Translations under genes and position numbers: made by a program
Shown here: positions 1-12,240 of the stretch, piece after piece
How positions within the stretch are numbered: position 1 is the first letter of the stretch
Layout: each line of letters starts with the position of its first letter
Notes under the pieces: model-generated
Told to the model about the DNA's origin: nothing
Seen by the model: the letters and a program-made list of their open reading frames with translations, nothing else
The model's database searches: none
Assembly (NCBI RefSeq): GCF_004010195.1
Contig: NC_057753.1
Span: forward strand, 101,439 to 165,438
Length of the DNA: 64,000 nt
Reading direction: 5' to 3'
Source of the DNA: Chiloscyllium plagiosum
Taxonomy: Eukaryota

Positions 1-300
1 ACTGGTCACAGGCCTCCAGTCTGAAAAACAACCCTCCACCACCACCCTCTGTCTTCTACCTTCGAGCCACTTCTGTATCCAAATGGCTAGTTCTACCTGT
101 ATTCCATGAGGTCTAACCTTGCTAATCAGTCTCCCATGGGGAACCTTGTTGAATGCCTTACTGAAGTCCATATAGATCACATCTACTGCTCTGCCCTCGT
201 CAATCTTCTTTGTTACTTCTTCAAAAAACTCAATCAAGTTTGTGAGACATGATTTCCCAAGCACAAAGCCATGTTGACTATCCTGAATCTGTCCTTACCA
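1..300 (-). mobile_element. CR1 LINE RT fragment
   Basis: Reverse complement matches the GRAVDVIYMDFSKAF..VP and DWRPVT region seen in other copies. Confidence 0.85.
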
Positions 301-1134
301 GTCAAGTCCATATAATCTTTTGTAAATGCCACTTTGGAAATGGAACCAGTCTGACTGAAGATTGGGACACAGACAGACTCTGACCCCACACCTTTAAGGC
401 ATTGCCTGAGCTCAGATGTCATCTTGTGCCATAAAACCTTGTTATGTCGAGAATGTGACTTCAAGAAAGTTCAGATATTTACATATTAATGAACTGAAAC
501 CTGCAACCCATTCTAAAAGATGAAAGACTTTACAGCAATCTAGGTTCGTTCAATATACCATTTCAGTTGCATGACATTGTAATCTTTTGCTAATCATCAG
601 TCTGGGTCTAACGGTCCTGTTGCACATCTACCTGATGAGGGAGAGGTGCTCTGAAAACGAGTGCTTCCAAATAAACCAGTTGGATAATAATCTGGTGTTG
701 TGTGATTTTTTGCTTTGCTTAACATTGCGTTACTTGACCAGTCGTATTGTATCTGGAGCATAGCACTTCACATCTACCTATAAAATAAGAAAACGTTCGG
801 GTCTGGGCCACCTTCTTAAAATATTTCGAGGGGGGTCTGGTCTGGCCTGGTCCATCACTGAAGGCAATGAGATTAGATTGACATCATGGTCAGCACAGAC
901 ATGATGGGCTGAAGGGCCTGTCCCTGTTGTCTATCCTGAAAGAAAAAAAATTATCCAGGTGGAAATGCAGAGGGAGGTGGGCTGTCCGAGTACATGAATC
1001 ACAAAAAAGATATAGCAAGCAATTAGAGTAGGTAATATAATATTATTTACTGCAAGGGAATTCAATACAAATTGATTCAATTATACACGGCATTAGGGAG
1101 ATCACATCTGGAGTATGAGTACAGTATTGATCAA

Positions 1135-1450
1135 TCCCTGAACACTAAGGGGCAATTTAGCACGGCCAATCCACCCTCACCTGCACATTCCAGAACACTA
1201 AGGGGCAATTTGTCATGGCCAATCAACCCTAACCTGCACATCCCTGGGCACTATGGGTAATTTAGCACGGCCAATCAACCCTAACCTGCACATCCCAGAG
1301 CACTATGGGTAATTTAGCATGGCCAATTCACCCTAACCTGCACATTCCTGGGCACTATGGGTAATTTAGCACGGCCAATTCACCCTAACCTGCACATCCC
1401 TGGTCACGATGGGTAATTCAGCTTTGCCAATTCACCCTAACCTACACATC
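1135..1450. repeat. 52-bp tandem array (about 6 units) inside a minus-strand V-SINE
   Basis: Same monomer as the large satellite; continues into the SINE body at 1450-1510. Confidence 0.9.
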
Positions 1451-1511
1451 TTTGGACTTGGGAGGAAACCAGAGCCCCCAGAGGAAACCCACACAGACAT
1501 GGTGGGGGAGG

Positions 1512-2660
1512 GGAATGGAATTTATTGTCACATGTACAGAGGCACAGTGAAAACCTTTTCTTGCGAGCAATACAGGCAGATCACAGAGTTAAATAGCACA
1601 GATAAGTAAATAATAGGGAAACAGCAGCAAAAACAAAAACACGGGTACAGGCAAATGTTAACAGTAGGGTAGAAACTGTTTTGAAACCGGCTGGTGTGTG
1701 TGTTCAGGCTTCTATACCTTCTCCCCGATGGTAGAGTTCGTAGAAAAACATTGCCAGGGTAGGATGGATCTTTGAGAATGCTGGCCTTTCCTTGACAGCG
1801 GGGCCTGGTAGATGGATTCTGTAGATGGGAGATTGGCCTTTGTGAGTGTCCGGGCTGAGTTCACCACTCTCTGTAACTGTCTCTGAATGGTACAGTTGCC
1901 ATACCAGGTAGTGATACATCCAGACAGAATGCTCTCGATGGCGCATCTATAAAAGTTGGTAAGGATATTCACCATCGTGCCAAATTTCCTCAGGTGCCTG
2001 AGGAAGAAGAGACATTGTTGGGCCTTTGTATCCAGTACGTCCACATGAAGAGTCCAAGAAAGCTTGTTGTGGACGACCACTCCCAGGAGCTTGACACTGT
2101 CCACTTGTTCCACCTCTGTGCTGTTAGTGTGTGGGGGGCATGAGTAACATGCCGCCGAAAGTCAATAATGAGTTCCTTGGTTTTGCCGGCGTTAAGAACG
2201 AGGTTGTTCTCAGTGCACCATTTTTCCAGGTTTTCCACCTCCCGTCTGTAGTCTGTTTCGTCACCATCTGAGATTCAACCGGCTATGGTGATGTCACCGA
2301 CGGACTTGTAAATGGTATTAGTCTGGTATTTGGCGATGTAGTCATGGGTATACAGTGAGTACAGTAGGGGGCTGAGTACGCACCCCTGGAGGGCTCCAGT
2401 GTTAAGTGTTGGTGAGGATCAAATATTGTCCCCAGTCTTCACTGATTGTGGCCTGTGGCTCAGGAAACTGAGGATCCAGTTGCAGAGAGTGGGGCTTAGT
2501 CCGAGATCACTAAGTTTAGTAATCAGTGTTGAGGGGATAATAGTGTTGAAGGCTGAACGGTAGTCAATGAGCAGGATTCTTACATAGCTGTTCTTGGTGT
2601 CAAGATGTTCTAGGGAGGAGGGAAGGGAAAGTGATACGGAATCTGACGTGGATCTGTTGG
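1512..2660 (-). mobile_element. Rex1/Babar-like non-LTR retrotransposon, 5'-truncated RT fragment inserted into a V-SINE
   Basis: LEHLDTKNSYVRILLIDYRSAFNTIIP...LCNWILSFL.HRPQSV; WCTENNLVLNAGKTKELIIDFRR; KAQQCLFFLRHLRKF..NFYRCAIESILSGCITTWYG; the SINE body ends about 1510 and its head resumes at 2660-2765. Confidence 0.85.
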
Positions 2661-3037
2661 AAAATATGCAAAATCCACACAAACAGTTGCCCTGAGGCTG
2701 GAATGGAACCCGGGTCCCTGGTGCTGTGAGGCAGCAGTGTTAACTACTGAACCACCATGCCATCCATGTTGATTTGATGACTGAGCGAATCCCTTCACAC
2801 ACCTAATGCAGGTGAACGTCCTCTCCCTGCTTTGAGCTGGCTGGTGTTCTTGCAGATCCCATCATATCAGAGAATTCCTACAGTGTGGAAACAGGCCCTT
2901 TGGCCCAACAAGTCCACACCGACCCTCCGAAGAGTAGCCCACCCAGACCCATTCCCCTACCCTATTACTCTACATTTACCCCTGTCTAATGCACCACACC
3001 TACACATCCCTCAACACCATAGGACAATTTAGCATGG

Positions 3038-3601
3038 AGAAAGTGAGGACTGCAGATGCTGGAGATCAGAGCTGAAAAATGTGCTGCTGGAAAAGCGCAG
3101 CAGGTCAGGCAGCATCCAAGGAACAGGAGAATCGACGTTTCGGGCATAAGCCCTTCTTCAGGTCGATTCTCCTGTTCCTTGGGATGCTGCCTGACCTGCT
3201 GCGCTTTTCCAGCAACACATTTTTCAGCTCTGATCTCCAACATCTGCAGTCCTCACTTTCTCCTCCGTTTCGGGCATAAACCCTTCTTCAGGAATGGCAC
3301 AGATAATCAGGCAGGCAAAGATAATCCTCATTCCTGAAGAAGGGCTTATGCCCGAAACGTCGATTCTCCTGTTCCCTGGATGCTGCCTGACCTGCTGCGC
3401 TTTTCCAGCAACACATTTTCAGCTCTGATCTCCAGCATCTGCAGTCCTCACTTTCTCCTCCGTTTTGGGCATAAACCCTTCTTCAGGAATGGCACAGATA
3501 ATCCTCATTCCTGAAGAAGGGCGTATGCCCGAAACGTCGATTCTCCTTCTCCTTGGATGCTGCCTGACCTGCTGCGCTTTTCCAGCAACACATTTCTAAG
3601 C
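3038..3601. mobile_element. Penelope-like element family 1 terminal-repeat cluster (inverted and tandem copies) with hammerhead-like motifs
   Basis: Several copies of ggagaaagtgagg...gctggaaaagcgcagcagg...cttcttcagg on both strands; duplicated flank gacaatttagcatgg (3023-3037, 3602-3616). Confidence 0.8.
3334..3361 (+). ncRNA. Minimal hammerhead-ribozyme-like motif, PLE family 1 (second copy at 3511-3538)
   Basis: CTGAAGA-A-GGGC(TTAT)GCCC-GAA-ACGT-C: core boxes, helix II and palindromic helix III; helix I is weak. Confidence 0.6.
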
Positions 3602-3665
3602 GACAATTTAGCATGGCCTAGCCACCCAAACCTGCACAATTTTGGATTGTGGGAGGAACGCCACG

Positions 3666-4320
3666 CACTGAGTTCCTTCCTGCCTCGGAGCAGATGAACA
3701 GCCTCTCCTGAGTGTGAGCCCGATGGTTGGGCAGCTGAGGAAACGCCTCCCCACATTCCAAGCAGGCGAACAGCCTCACCCTGGTGTGTGAACCGTGGGT
3801 GTACCTTGCAGGCTGGGGTGAGTGGTCTGCCCCTAGTGTGGGTTGGGGGGAGGGGGGGGGGGGTGTGTGTGAAATCCTTCCCACACTTGGCACACGGAAA
3901 TTAGATTGGAATAGATTCCCTACAGGAGGGAAACTGTGGCCCTTTGGCCCCACACCGGCCCTCTGAAGAGTTACCCACTCCCCTAGCCTATATTTACCCC
4001 TGCCTAACGCAACTGGCATTATGGGCAATTTAACTGACCTGCACATCTTTGGCTTGTGGGAGGACACAGGGAGAATGTGCAAACTTCACACAGACAGTCG
4101 GTTAAGGCACCTCATCCTGGTGCTATGAGGCAGCAGTGCTAATCGAACGGTCTCTCTCTCTTTCTTTCTGGTGCAAAGCTGGTCGCGTTGGTGAATTTCT
4201 CCCCACACTCAGCGCAGGCGAACCATCCTGTTCCAGTCTGAGCTTGGAGCTGGGGATGTGTGTGGAGCTAGTGCGTGCACACAGGGCACTCGACCGGCCT
4301 CTCTCCAGTGCGAGGTGATG
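3666..4320 (-). pseudogene. Decayed C2H2 zinc-finger remnant interrupted by a SINE
   Basis: Minus-strand translations give HTRVRLFACLECGEAFPQL..HRAHTQERLFICSEAG (3666-3815) and RTGERPVECPVC / FACAECGEKFT (4165-4315), with stops, frameshifts and lost Zn ligands. Confidence 0.6.
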
Positions 4321-4668
4321 CTGGCCCCCTGGGTCTATCCCGTTGCAAAGTGCTGCCCTTCCAAACAAGACTGCCTCAGTCTGCAGCCAAACCTTCGCCT
4401 GGGGATCCGGGGAGAGCTGGGAGGACTGCGCGTGTGCCTGGGTGGGCGGCCGTGTCGTCACAATGGGCTGCGCCTCGACGGACCAATAAGAAACCTCGGA
4501 GGACCGGAAGGAGTTCGGTCCTCCTGCCAATCAGAGCCCCCCCATTGTTTGAATGCGGAAGTTGGGCCATGAGCTTCTGAAGTTGCTACTGCCCCTCTCT
4601 CTCTGAATGAAGATTGAGCTTCAGCCCAGACTGCAGCTTCCCCCTTTCTCCGTCCAACATCTGTGAGT
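4316..4668 (+). promoter_or_regulatory. ZNF promoter / first-exon cassette, copy 1 (no intact downstream ZNF exon seen)
   Basis: CCAAT at 4483 and 4527, CCGGAAG and GCGGAAGT ETS sites, CpG-rich, donor GTGAGT at 4663; clearly homologous to 38612-39174 and 54.7-54.9 kb. Confidence 0.7.
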
Positions 4669-5231
4669 GCAGCACCCTCCCCTCCTTTTCTCATTTCTGG
4701 GATCAAACTATTGACTTGCAGCAGCTGATCAGGGAAAGGAGGTGAATCCAAACTCTGGAAAAGTTTGGCCACGACCTCCTTCTTTTAAAGACATCCTTTA
4801 CTCCCTCGGTTTGACACTTTTATTTGTTTGACTCAAAGGATGGCCTCTCTTTACTAATGGAAGTGGTGGTTTGGCAGGAAATAGCTGACATTCATGTGGT
4901 GAGCAGATGACATGGAGCAGAGGTAAGTTAAATGCTATCCTATTGTACATATTACATTTCTTAATGCTGCCGCAGTGCTGAATTAGATTTATCATTAATC
5001 TTAATCTTCCAATGTCATTCTTCAAGTACACCGTATAGTTCATGTCATGGAATCATTAGGGATACATTCAGCAGCTCCCATCCAAGCTGGTTTTCTGTGG
5101 AGCATGCCAGTCAGCCCTCTTCTGCCTTTGTACCCCTGTGGTATCACGGGTTTATCTTCTTAAAACACTCATCCTATTTCATTTTGACGTCACCTCTGCT
5201 TCCATCACCCTTACAAGTAGAGACTTCCAGG

Positions 5232-5960
5232 TCATAGAGTCATAGAGATGTACAGCATGGAAACAGACCCTTCGGTCCAACCTGTCCATGCCAACCAGAT
5301 ATCCCAATCCAGTCTAGCCCCACCTGCTAGCAGCAAGCCCATATCCCTCCAAACCCTTCCTATTCATATACCCATCCAGATGCCTTTTAAATGTTGCAAT
5401 TGTACCAGCCTCCACCACTTCCTCTGGCAGCTCATTCCATACACGTACCACCCTCTGTGTGAAAAAGTTGCTCCTTAGGTCTCTTTTATATCTTTCCCCT
5501 CTCACTCTAAACCGATGCCCTCTAGTTCTGGACTATCCAGGGAAAAGACTTTGTCTATTTACCTTATCCATGCCCCTCATGATTTTATAAACCTCTATAA
5601 GGTCACCCCTCAGCCTCCAACGCTCCAGGGAAAGCAGCCCCAGCCTGTTCAGCCTCTCCCTCTAGCTAAAACCCTCCAACCCCGGCAACATCCTTTTATA
5701 TCTTTTCTGAGCCCTTTCAAATTTCACAACATTTTTCCTGTAGTAGGGAGACCAGAACTGAATGCAGGATTCCAAATTTGCCTAACCAACGTCCTGCGCA
5801 GCTGCAACATGACCTCCACACTCCTACACACAATGCACTGACCAAGAAAGATAAGCGTACCAAACGCCTTCTTCACTACTCTGTCTACATGAGACTCCAC
5901 TTTCAAGGAACTATGAACCTGCACCCCGAGCACTCCCCACGATCTTACCATTAAGTTTAT
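5232..5960 (-). mobile_element. HER1-like CR1 LINE 3' fragment
   Basis: RYKRDLRSNFFTQRVVRVWNELPEEVVEAGTIATFKRHLD plus ctctatgact tail repeats. Confidence 0.9.
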
Positions 5961-5971
5961 AATTCCTGCCA

Positions 5972-6545
5972 ATCAAAAACTGCATGAATCCATGTAAGAT
6001 TCTGTTCATTCATTTTTTAGATTAGAATCAGTCCAAACATTATGGCAGAGACAACAGCACACAGGGGCTTAACATCTTCAACACATTACCTGGGCTGACA
6101 CCAGAGAATGTAACTTTTAAAAAAAGGTTTGCGATTTACAGATGAAAGAAGTGAAACTAACATGGTCATTTTAACAGATGAGAGACTTAACAAACAATCA
6201 AGGTATTTTTCAATGTATAATTTCAGTTACATCACACTGTAAACTTGTGCTATAAATCCAGTGCCTTACCATTGTGTCCTCCACAATGAAGGAGCGTCGC
6301 TCCGAAAGCTAGTGTGCTTCCAAATAAACCTGTTGGACTATAATCTGGTGTTGTGTGACTGTTAACTTTGAGGAGAAAGTGAGGTCTGCAGATGCTGGAG
6401 ATCAGAGCTGAAAATGTGTTGCTGGAAAAGCGCAGCAGGTCAGGCAGCATCCAAGGAGCAGGAGAATCGACGTTTCAGGCATAAGCCCTTCTTCAGGAAT
6501 CTGTTAACTTTGTACTCCCCAGTCCAACACCGGCATCTCCAAATC
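5972..6545 (+). mobile_element. PLE-like family 2 fragment with nested family-1 insertion (6371-6500)
   Basis: Family-2 tail split by 12-bp duplication ctgttaactttg (6359-6370, 6501-6512). Confidence 0.7.
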
Positions 6546-7943
6546 AAGAATCGTAATAGATTAATTCTGACAACTGGGTGGCACGGGCAAGTCAGGCTGA
6601 AGGGCCTGTTTCCGTGTTGTAGCCTCCTACGGCCCTATAATTTAGAATTGGATTTATTGTCGAATGAGTACAGGCGAAAAGTCTTACATTGCTATCCAAG
6701 GTCCAAAGGTAACCAGGTACAGACTTTTCAGGACAAATTTGTAGGGAAAAGCAATTAGAGAAAGAAAGAAATAAGAGTTCAGCAGAGGAATAAATCAGAA
6801 AAATGGAGAAATAGAGTCATAGAGCTGTACAGCACGGAAACAGACCCTTCAGTCCTACTTGCCCATGCCGACCAGATATCCAGAATTAATTTAGTCCCAA
6901 TTGCCAGCACTTGCCTCATTTCCCTCTAAAACCCTGCCCGTCCACGTCCCTATCTGAATGTTTTTTTGTAAATGTTGAGGTTGTATCTCCCTCTCTGGCA
7001 GCCCATTCCACATGTGCACCAGTCTCTGCGTGAAGAAGTTACCCTCGGGTCCTCCCTAAATCATTACCCGCCTACCTTAAACCTACGCCCTTGAGCTTTC
7101 GGTTCCCCATCCCTGGGGGGAAAAAAAGATGACGTGTTCAACCTGTCCCTGCCCCTGGTGGTTTTATACACCCCGGTACGGTCACCCCTCATTCTCTGAC
7201 AAATAAAGCCCGATACTAGCCAAACTCTCCCTCTAACTCAAGCCAAGCCAAGCTCAAAACCTTCCATGCGACCTTTCCAGTCTAACTGGGTCTTCCCCGT
7301 GACAGGGTGACCGAAACTGTGCACAGTACTCCCAAGTGCGGCCTGTAACCTAATGTGCCAACTCAACGGATATTCAGAGGGAGCTGGAGAGAAATCATTG
7401 GAAGATCCGAAATGGAGTGCCGTTTTGCTGAGAGCTGAGATGGGTGAGACCTGGCTTCCAATTTTCTTTTTTTTAAAAACCCCGGTTGTTTTTTGAAACT
7501 TGAGTAATTTTGTTTCGTTTCCAGAAATAAACTTTTTAAAAATTTGCTCGTGATGTTTGATTTCCTGAACTCTTCCACGTTAGATTAACGTCTGTTTGCA
7601 CATGAGAGAGGTGGGTTGTCCTTCAACAGAAATGGAATCTCTCTCAGGTCATTGGGAAGCAAGCAATGGCGGGGCAAGAAGAGATTTGATGTTTTGACTC
7701 AACGATGTTAGAAAATGGGGGTCAGGGAGTCAGTGAACCCCCCTCTTCCACAGAATGCCAATGGTGTGGGAGCAGACTATTTGGCGTATCGACCCCACGC
7801 CAGCCCTCTGAAGGGCACCTTGCCTGCATCCACCCCGATCCCTGTGACTCTGCCTTTCCCATGGCTATACCCCCCCCCCCCCTCATCCCCAGGGGGCGCA
7901 ATTTGGCACTGGCCAGTCCACCCTTGCCTGCCTGTCTTTGGAG

Positions 7944-8148
7944 ATGGAAATGTGTTGCTGGAAAAGCGCAGCAGGTCAGGCAGCATCTAGGGAACAGGAG
8001 AATCAACGTTTCGGGCATTAGCTCTTCTTCAGGAAGGGCTAATGCCCGAAACGTCGATTCTCCTGTTCCCTAGATGCTGCCTGACAGGCTGCGCTTTTCC
8101 AGCAACACATTTCCATCTCTGATCTCCAGCATCTGCAGACCTCACTTT
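7944..8148. mobile_element. PLE family 1 fold-back insertion inside a V-SINE (7760-8280)
   Basis: Inverted arms; duplicated flank ctgcctgtctttggag. Confidence 0.75.
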
Positions 8149-8488
8149 CTGCCTGTCTTTGGAGGAAACCCACACAGATGTGTCAAGTGGAGAATGTGCA
8201 AACTCCACCCCAGGCAGTCGCCCCCGAGGCTGGAATCGAACCTGGGTCTCTGAGGCCGCGGTGCTAACCACGGAGCGGATTGGAAGCGATGGTCTGTTAA
8301 AGGAGACGATGGGCGTATTTGATTCCACGCAAACAAAACAGGACACGTGTTTAAGTCTGAGCAGAGGTATCAAAGTGGAGCGGGATGGGTAAGAGCATTC
8401 CCCAGTCAGCCCCGATAGAAACTATCGTGAAGAAGGCGTTTGGTATGCTTTCCTTTATTGGTCAGAGTATTGAGTACAGGAGTTGGGA

Positions 8489-9383
8489 NNNNNNNNNNNN
8501 NNNNNNNNNNNNNNNNNNNNNNNNNNNNNNNNNNNNNNNNNNNNNNNNNNNNNNNNNNNNNNNNNNNNNNNNNNNNNNNNNNNNNNNNNNNNNNNNNNNN
8601 NNNNNNNNNNNNNNNNNNNNNNNNNNNNNNNNNNNNNNNNNNNNNNNNNNNNNNNNNNNNNNNNNNNNNNNNNNNNNNNNNNNNNNNNNNNNNNNNNNNN
8701 NNNNNNNNNNNNNNNNNNNNNNNNNNNNNNNNNNNNNNNNNNNNNNNNNNNNNNNNNNNNNNNNNNNNNNNNNNNNNNNNNNNNNNNNNNNNNNNNNNNN
8801 NNNNNNNNNNNNNNNNNNNNNNNNNNNNNNNNNNNNNNNNNNNNNNNNNNNNNNNNNNNNNNNNNNNNNNNNNNNNNNNNNNNNNNNNNNNNNNNNNNNN
8901 NNNNNNNNNNNNNNNNNNNNNNNNNNNNNNNNNNNNNNNNNNNNNNNNNNNNNNNNNNNNNNNNNNNNNNNNNNNNNNNNNNNNNNNNNNNNNNNNNNNN
9001 NNNNNNNNNNNNNNNNNNNNNNNNNNNNNNNNNNNNNNNNNNNNNNNNNNNNNNNNNNNNNNNNNNNNNNNNNNNNNNNNNNNNNNNNNNNNNNNNNNNN
9101 NNNNNNNNNNNNNNNNNNNNNNNNNNNNNNNNNNNNNNNNNNNNNNNNNNNNNNNNNNNNNNNNNNNNNNNNNNNNNNNNNNNNNNNNNNNNNNNNNNNN
9201 NNNNNNNNNNNNNNNNNNNNNNNNNNNNNNNNNNNNNNNNNNNNNNNNNNNNNNNNNNNNNNNNNNNNNNNNNNNNNNNNNNNNNNNNNNNNNNNNNNNN
9301 NNNNNNNNNNNNNNNNNNNNNNNNNNNNNNNNNNNNNNNNNNNNNNNNNNNNNNNNNNNNNNNNNNNNNNNNNNNNNNNNNNN
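8489..9383. other. Assembly gap (others at 18464-18529, 19206-19250, 26921-27113)
   Basis: Runs of N. Confidence 1.
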
Positions 9384-10962
9384 CCCCCCCTTTGGGTCAC
9401 CATTCCTTATGCTGGAAACGTGAACTCTCCTGCTCCTCGGATGCTGCCTGACCTGCTGTGCTTTTCCAGCGCCGCACTCTTCCCCTCTGATCTCCAGCGT
9501 CTGCAGTCCTCGCCTTCGCCCAAATAATCCCTTCTCAGACTGTTTTACCAAGTCGACGGGAGAGCGATTGAATCCGGTGACTGCAGGGCTGTCCTACGAG
9601 CGGACCGATTGCAAAACCCACCGGTGAACCGTCTTGTCTCTGCCCAAGTCAGTCTAACTCTCCTTCACTCTGTCTGCCGTCCATGCTGAGCACTGCGCGA
9701 TTGGTCTCACGGGCAAGAATTGACCACTCCCTTCCCCCACCACCTGACAAACAGGAGTTGCGATGTCATGTTGATGAGGACTCTTCTGGAGTATTGGGCC
9801 CAGTTCTGGTCGCCCTGTTGCAGGAAGGGTATTTTAACCTGGAGAGGGTTCGTGGAGGGGACGTGGAGGGTTTGAGTTATCAGGAGAGGGCTGGGACTTC
9901 TTACACTGGTGAGTAGGAGGTGACCTTACAGAGGTTTATGAAATCATGGAGTGGATAAAGTGACTGGCTTTTCCCTCGGGTGGGGGAATTTGGTGTGTTT
10001 TTAAAGCGAGGAGAGAGGGATTTAAAAAAGACACCTTTTTTTTATTATTATGGTGTGGTTTGTGTGTGGAACGAACTTGCTGAGGCAGTTATGGGCGGCT
10101 CAGGGGTGAGCGCTGCTGCCTCACAGCGCCCAGGGACCCAGGTTCGATTCCAGCCTCAGGCGGAGCCTGTGCGGAGTTTGCACGTTCTCCCCGTGTCTGC
10201 GTGGGTTTCCTCCGGCTGCTCCGGGTTTCCTCCCACAGTCCAAAGACGGTGTAGGTCAGGGTGAATTGGCCGTGCTAAATTGTCACATAGTGTGAGGTGC
10301 ATTAGTCAGAGGGAAATGGGTCTGGGTGGGTTACTCTTCGGAGGACTGGTTGGGCCGAAGGGCCTGTTTCCACGCTGTGTGAATTGATGACCATATCTCA
10401 GTAGCAGCAGTGTGTACCGTCTCCAGGTGGTGCACTGCAGAAACCCACCAAGACTCTTTAGATAGCACCTTCCAAAGCCGTGATCGCTACCATCTAGAAG
10501 GTCAAGATATATTTTTCTTCAGTCTCAGCAGCTCAGAGTTCTGAAAACTAGCCCCCCCCCCACCCTTAACAATCTTGTGGGTGTCTCTCCTGCACATGGA
10601 CAAGAGTGGCTCAAGTATATAGCTCATATGGCATCCTTCTCTAGTGGGGCATTTCAGGAACAATTACGGACCCAGCCAGCATTTCAGGAACAATTACGGA
10701 CCCACCCACCACCAAAATTGTGGTGGTCTCCTCCCTCAGGAGATGGCTGGGATTCAAGACCCTCCCGTTTCCCCTGAGCAGTTTATCTCCCGGTTCCCAA
10801 GGTGTCTGTTCTCATCTCTGCCAGCCATTTGGCCCCTTCCACAACGTTCGGATCAGTGAAACATTCGGACACCCACGAAAGCCCGGACCACGATTTCCCG
10901 CCCTGTCACCTGTCGGCTAACCGAAACACGACAGGAATAAAAGGGAAAGAAACCGGATAAAC

Positions 10963-12100
10963 TGTTATGAGGCTGAAGGTGTGTACTGTACCTTTAAGAC
11001 AGAGCGAATGCTGTTCTGCACTGAGAGCTTACAAGCACCTATCATATGACTAGCTAGCAGTCTCAGAGCACATTGGAAAATTGAAAATTGATACCTTGAG
11101 TTGAGTTTTTACAGCAATTCGAATTTAACCACAGTTTAAATGATGACCCAGGATACCAAAACCCAATTGATTTTGCATTTATTGTTTTGCCTGCATCGAA
11201 CCAAGGAGACATTCTGATGTTAGGGTAATAAAAGAGGCAAGCATTTTGAAAGTGTCGTGGAAATTAAATAGACTTGACTCAACTGTTAGCAAGAGCAAAG
11301 AAAGGAGCTTTATTTAAATTCTGCAGAATTGACCCCAGTCCACTCAGCTAGGTGCCTCAATGTAAAGGGGTACCTGAGCATTGTTCAAATGCTTGCCTTG
11401 TACTGTTTCTTAACACGCTCTCAAGGGCAAAGACTGGGAAAACTCAAGTTGTTATTCTCTCATCCCCTGGTCTTGGACATAACTGTTCTTCAGCTTGTGC
11501 TGAGTTCGACTGTGGCAAAGTCGAACTGAATGTTTACAAAGTTCAAACAGAGACGAGCTGGCTGCCAACCTCATCAAAGTGTCGTTTACAAAGCTCAGCA
11601 CAGCATTACATTTTAGAAAGGCATTCTCTTTCAGATTTCACAGTAAATTTGTTAGAAATGTAAAATTTCTTCATTTTCCATTACAGAAGTTCGACAGAGA
11701 GTAACTGCCATCGAGAAAGACTGCCATTCAAAGCACTCTCTATCAAAGGTACCTTTTTTTCACATGAAACATCTTTGCAGTTAAGGGCAGAAGACAACCC
11801 AGGGAGATCTTCAGCCGAAAGAAAGGTCACTGTGTGTGTTTGAGATTAAGTTGATGTAATTTTAATACAGGTTTTTATTGGAACAGTACATTGTTATAGA
11901 GTTGGAGGCATTGAAAAGAAAGGAGGCTTAGAGTTGTAAATGATTGTTTAAAGTTAAGGAATAAATTGATATGATTTTTCTTTAAGCAGTGGAATTCGGG
12001 GAGTTCTCCGTCACTCATATTCTAACAGATTACAAGGCAAGGTGAGTTTTTCTGGGGGTTTGGCGTAATTAGCAGAGGGGTTCCCTGCTGTGTTGTAACA
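10963..12100 (+). mobile_element. Solo LTR (family X) containing a nested element
   Basis: TGTTA...TAACA termini, flanks aaac/aagc; homologous to 21227-22742. Confidence 0.7.
11253..11696. mobile_element. Nested 444-bp solo-LTR-like element
   Basis: TGTCG...CGACA termini, flanks gaaag/gagag; absent from the paralogous LTR at 21.2 kb. Confidence 0.62.
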
Positions 12101-12240
12101 AAGCGAAATTGTAAAACCAGAACTGAACATTGTCGCGTGTTCCATTTACGTTTTGCTCAAGAAACCAGCTCCCCAGTCCACACCTTGAGGGGTCCATTGG
12201 CTCTCTGACTCTCACTCAATTTCACTTTGTTAATTTACAA

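Noticed and set aside
2986..3337. Recurring short ORFs such as CCWKSAAGQAAS / MLPDLLRFSSNT
   Set aside because: Translations of the PLE terminal repeat on both strands, not a gene family.
8385..9551. 300-380-aa ORFs (also 26788-27414)
   Set aside because: Artefacts of N runs.
10649..10706. 30-bp direct duplication
   Set aside because: Trivial slippage inside an old repeat tail.
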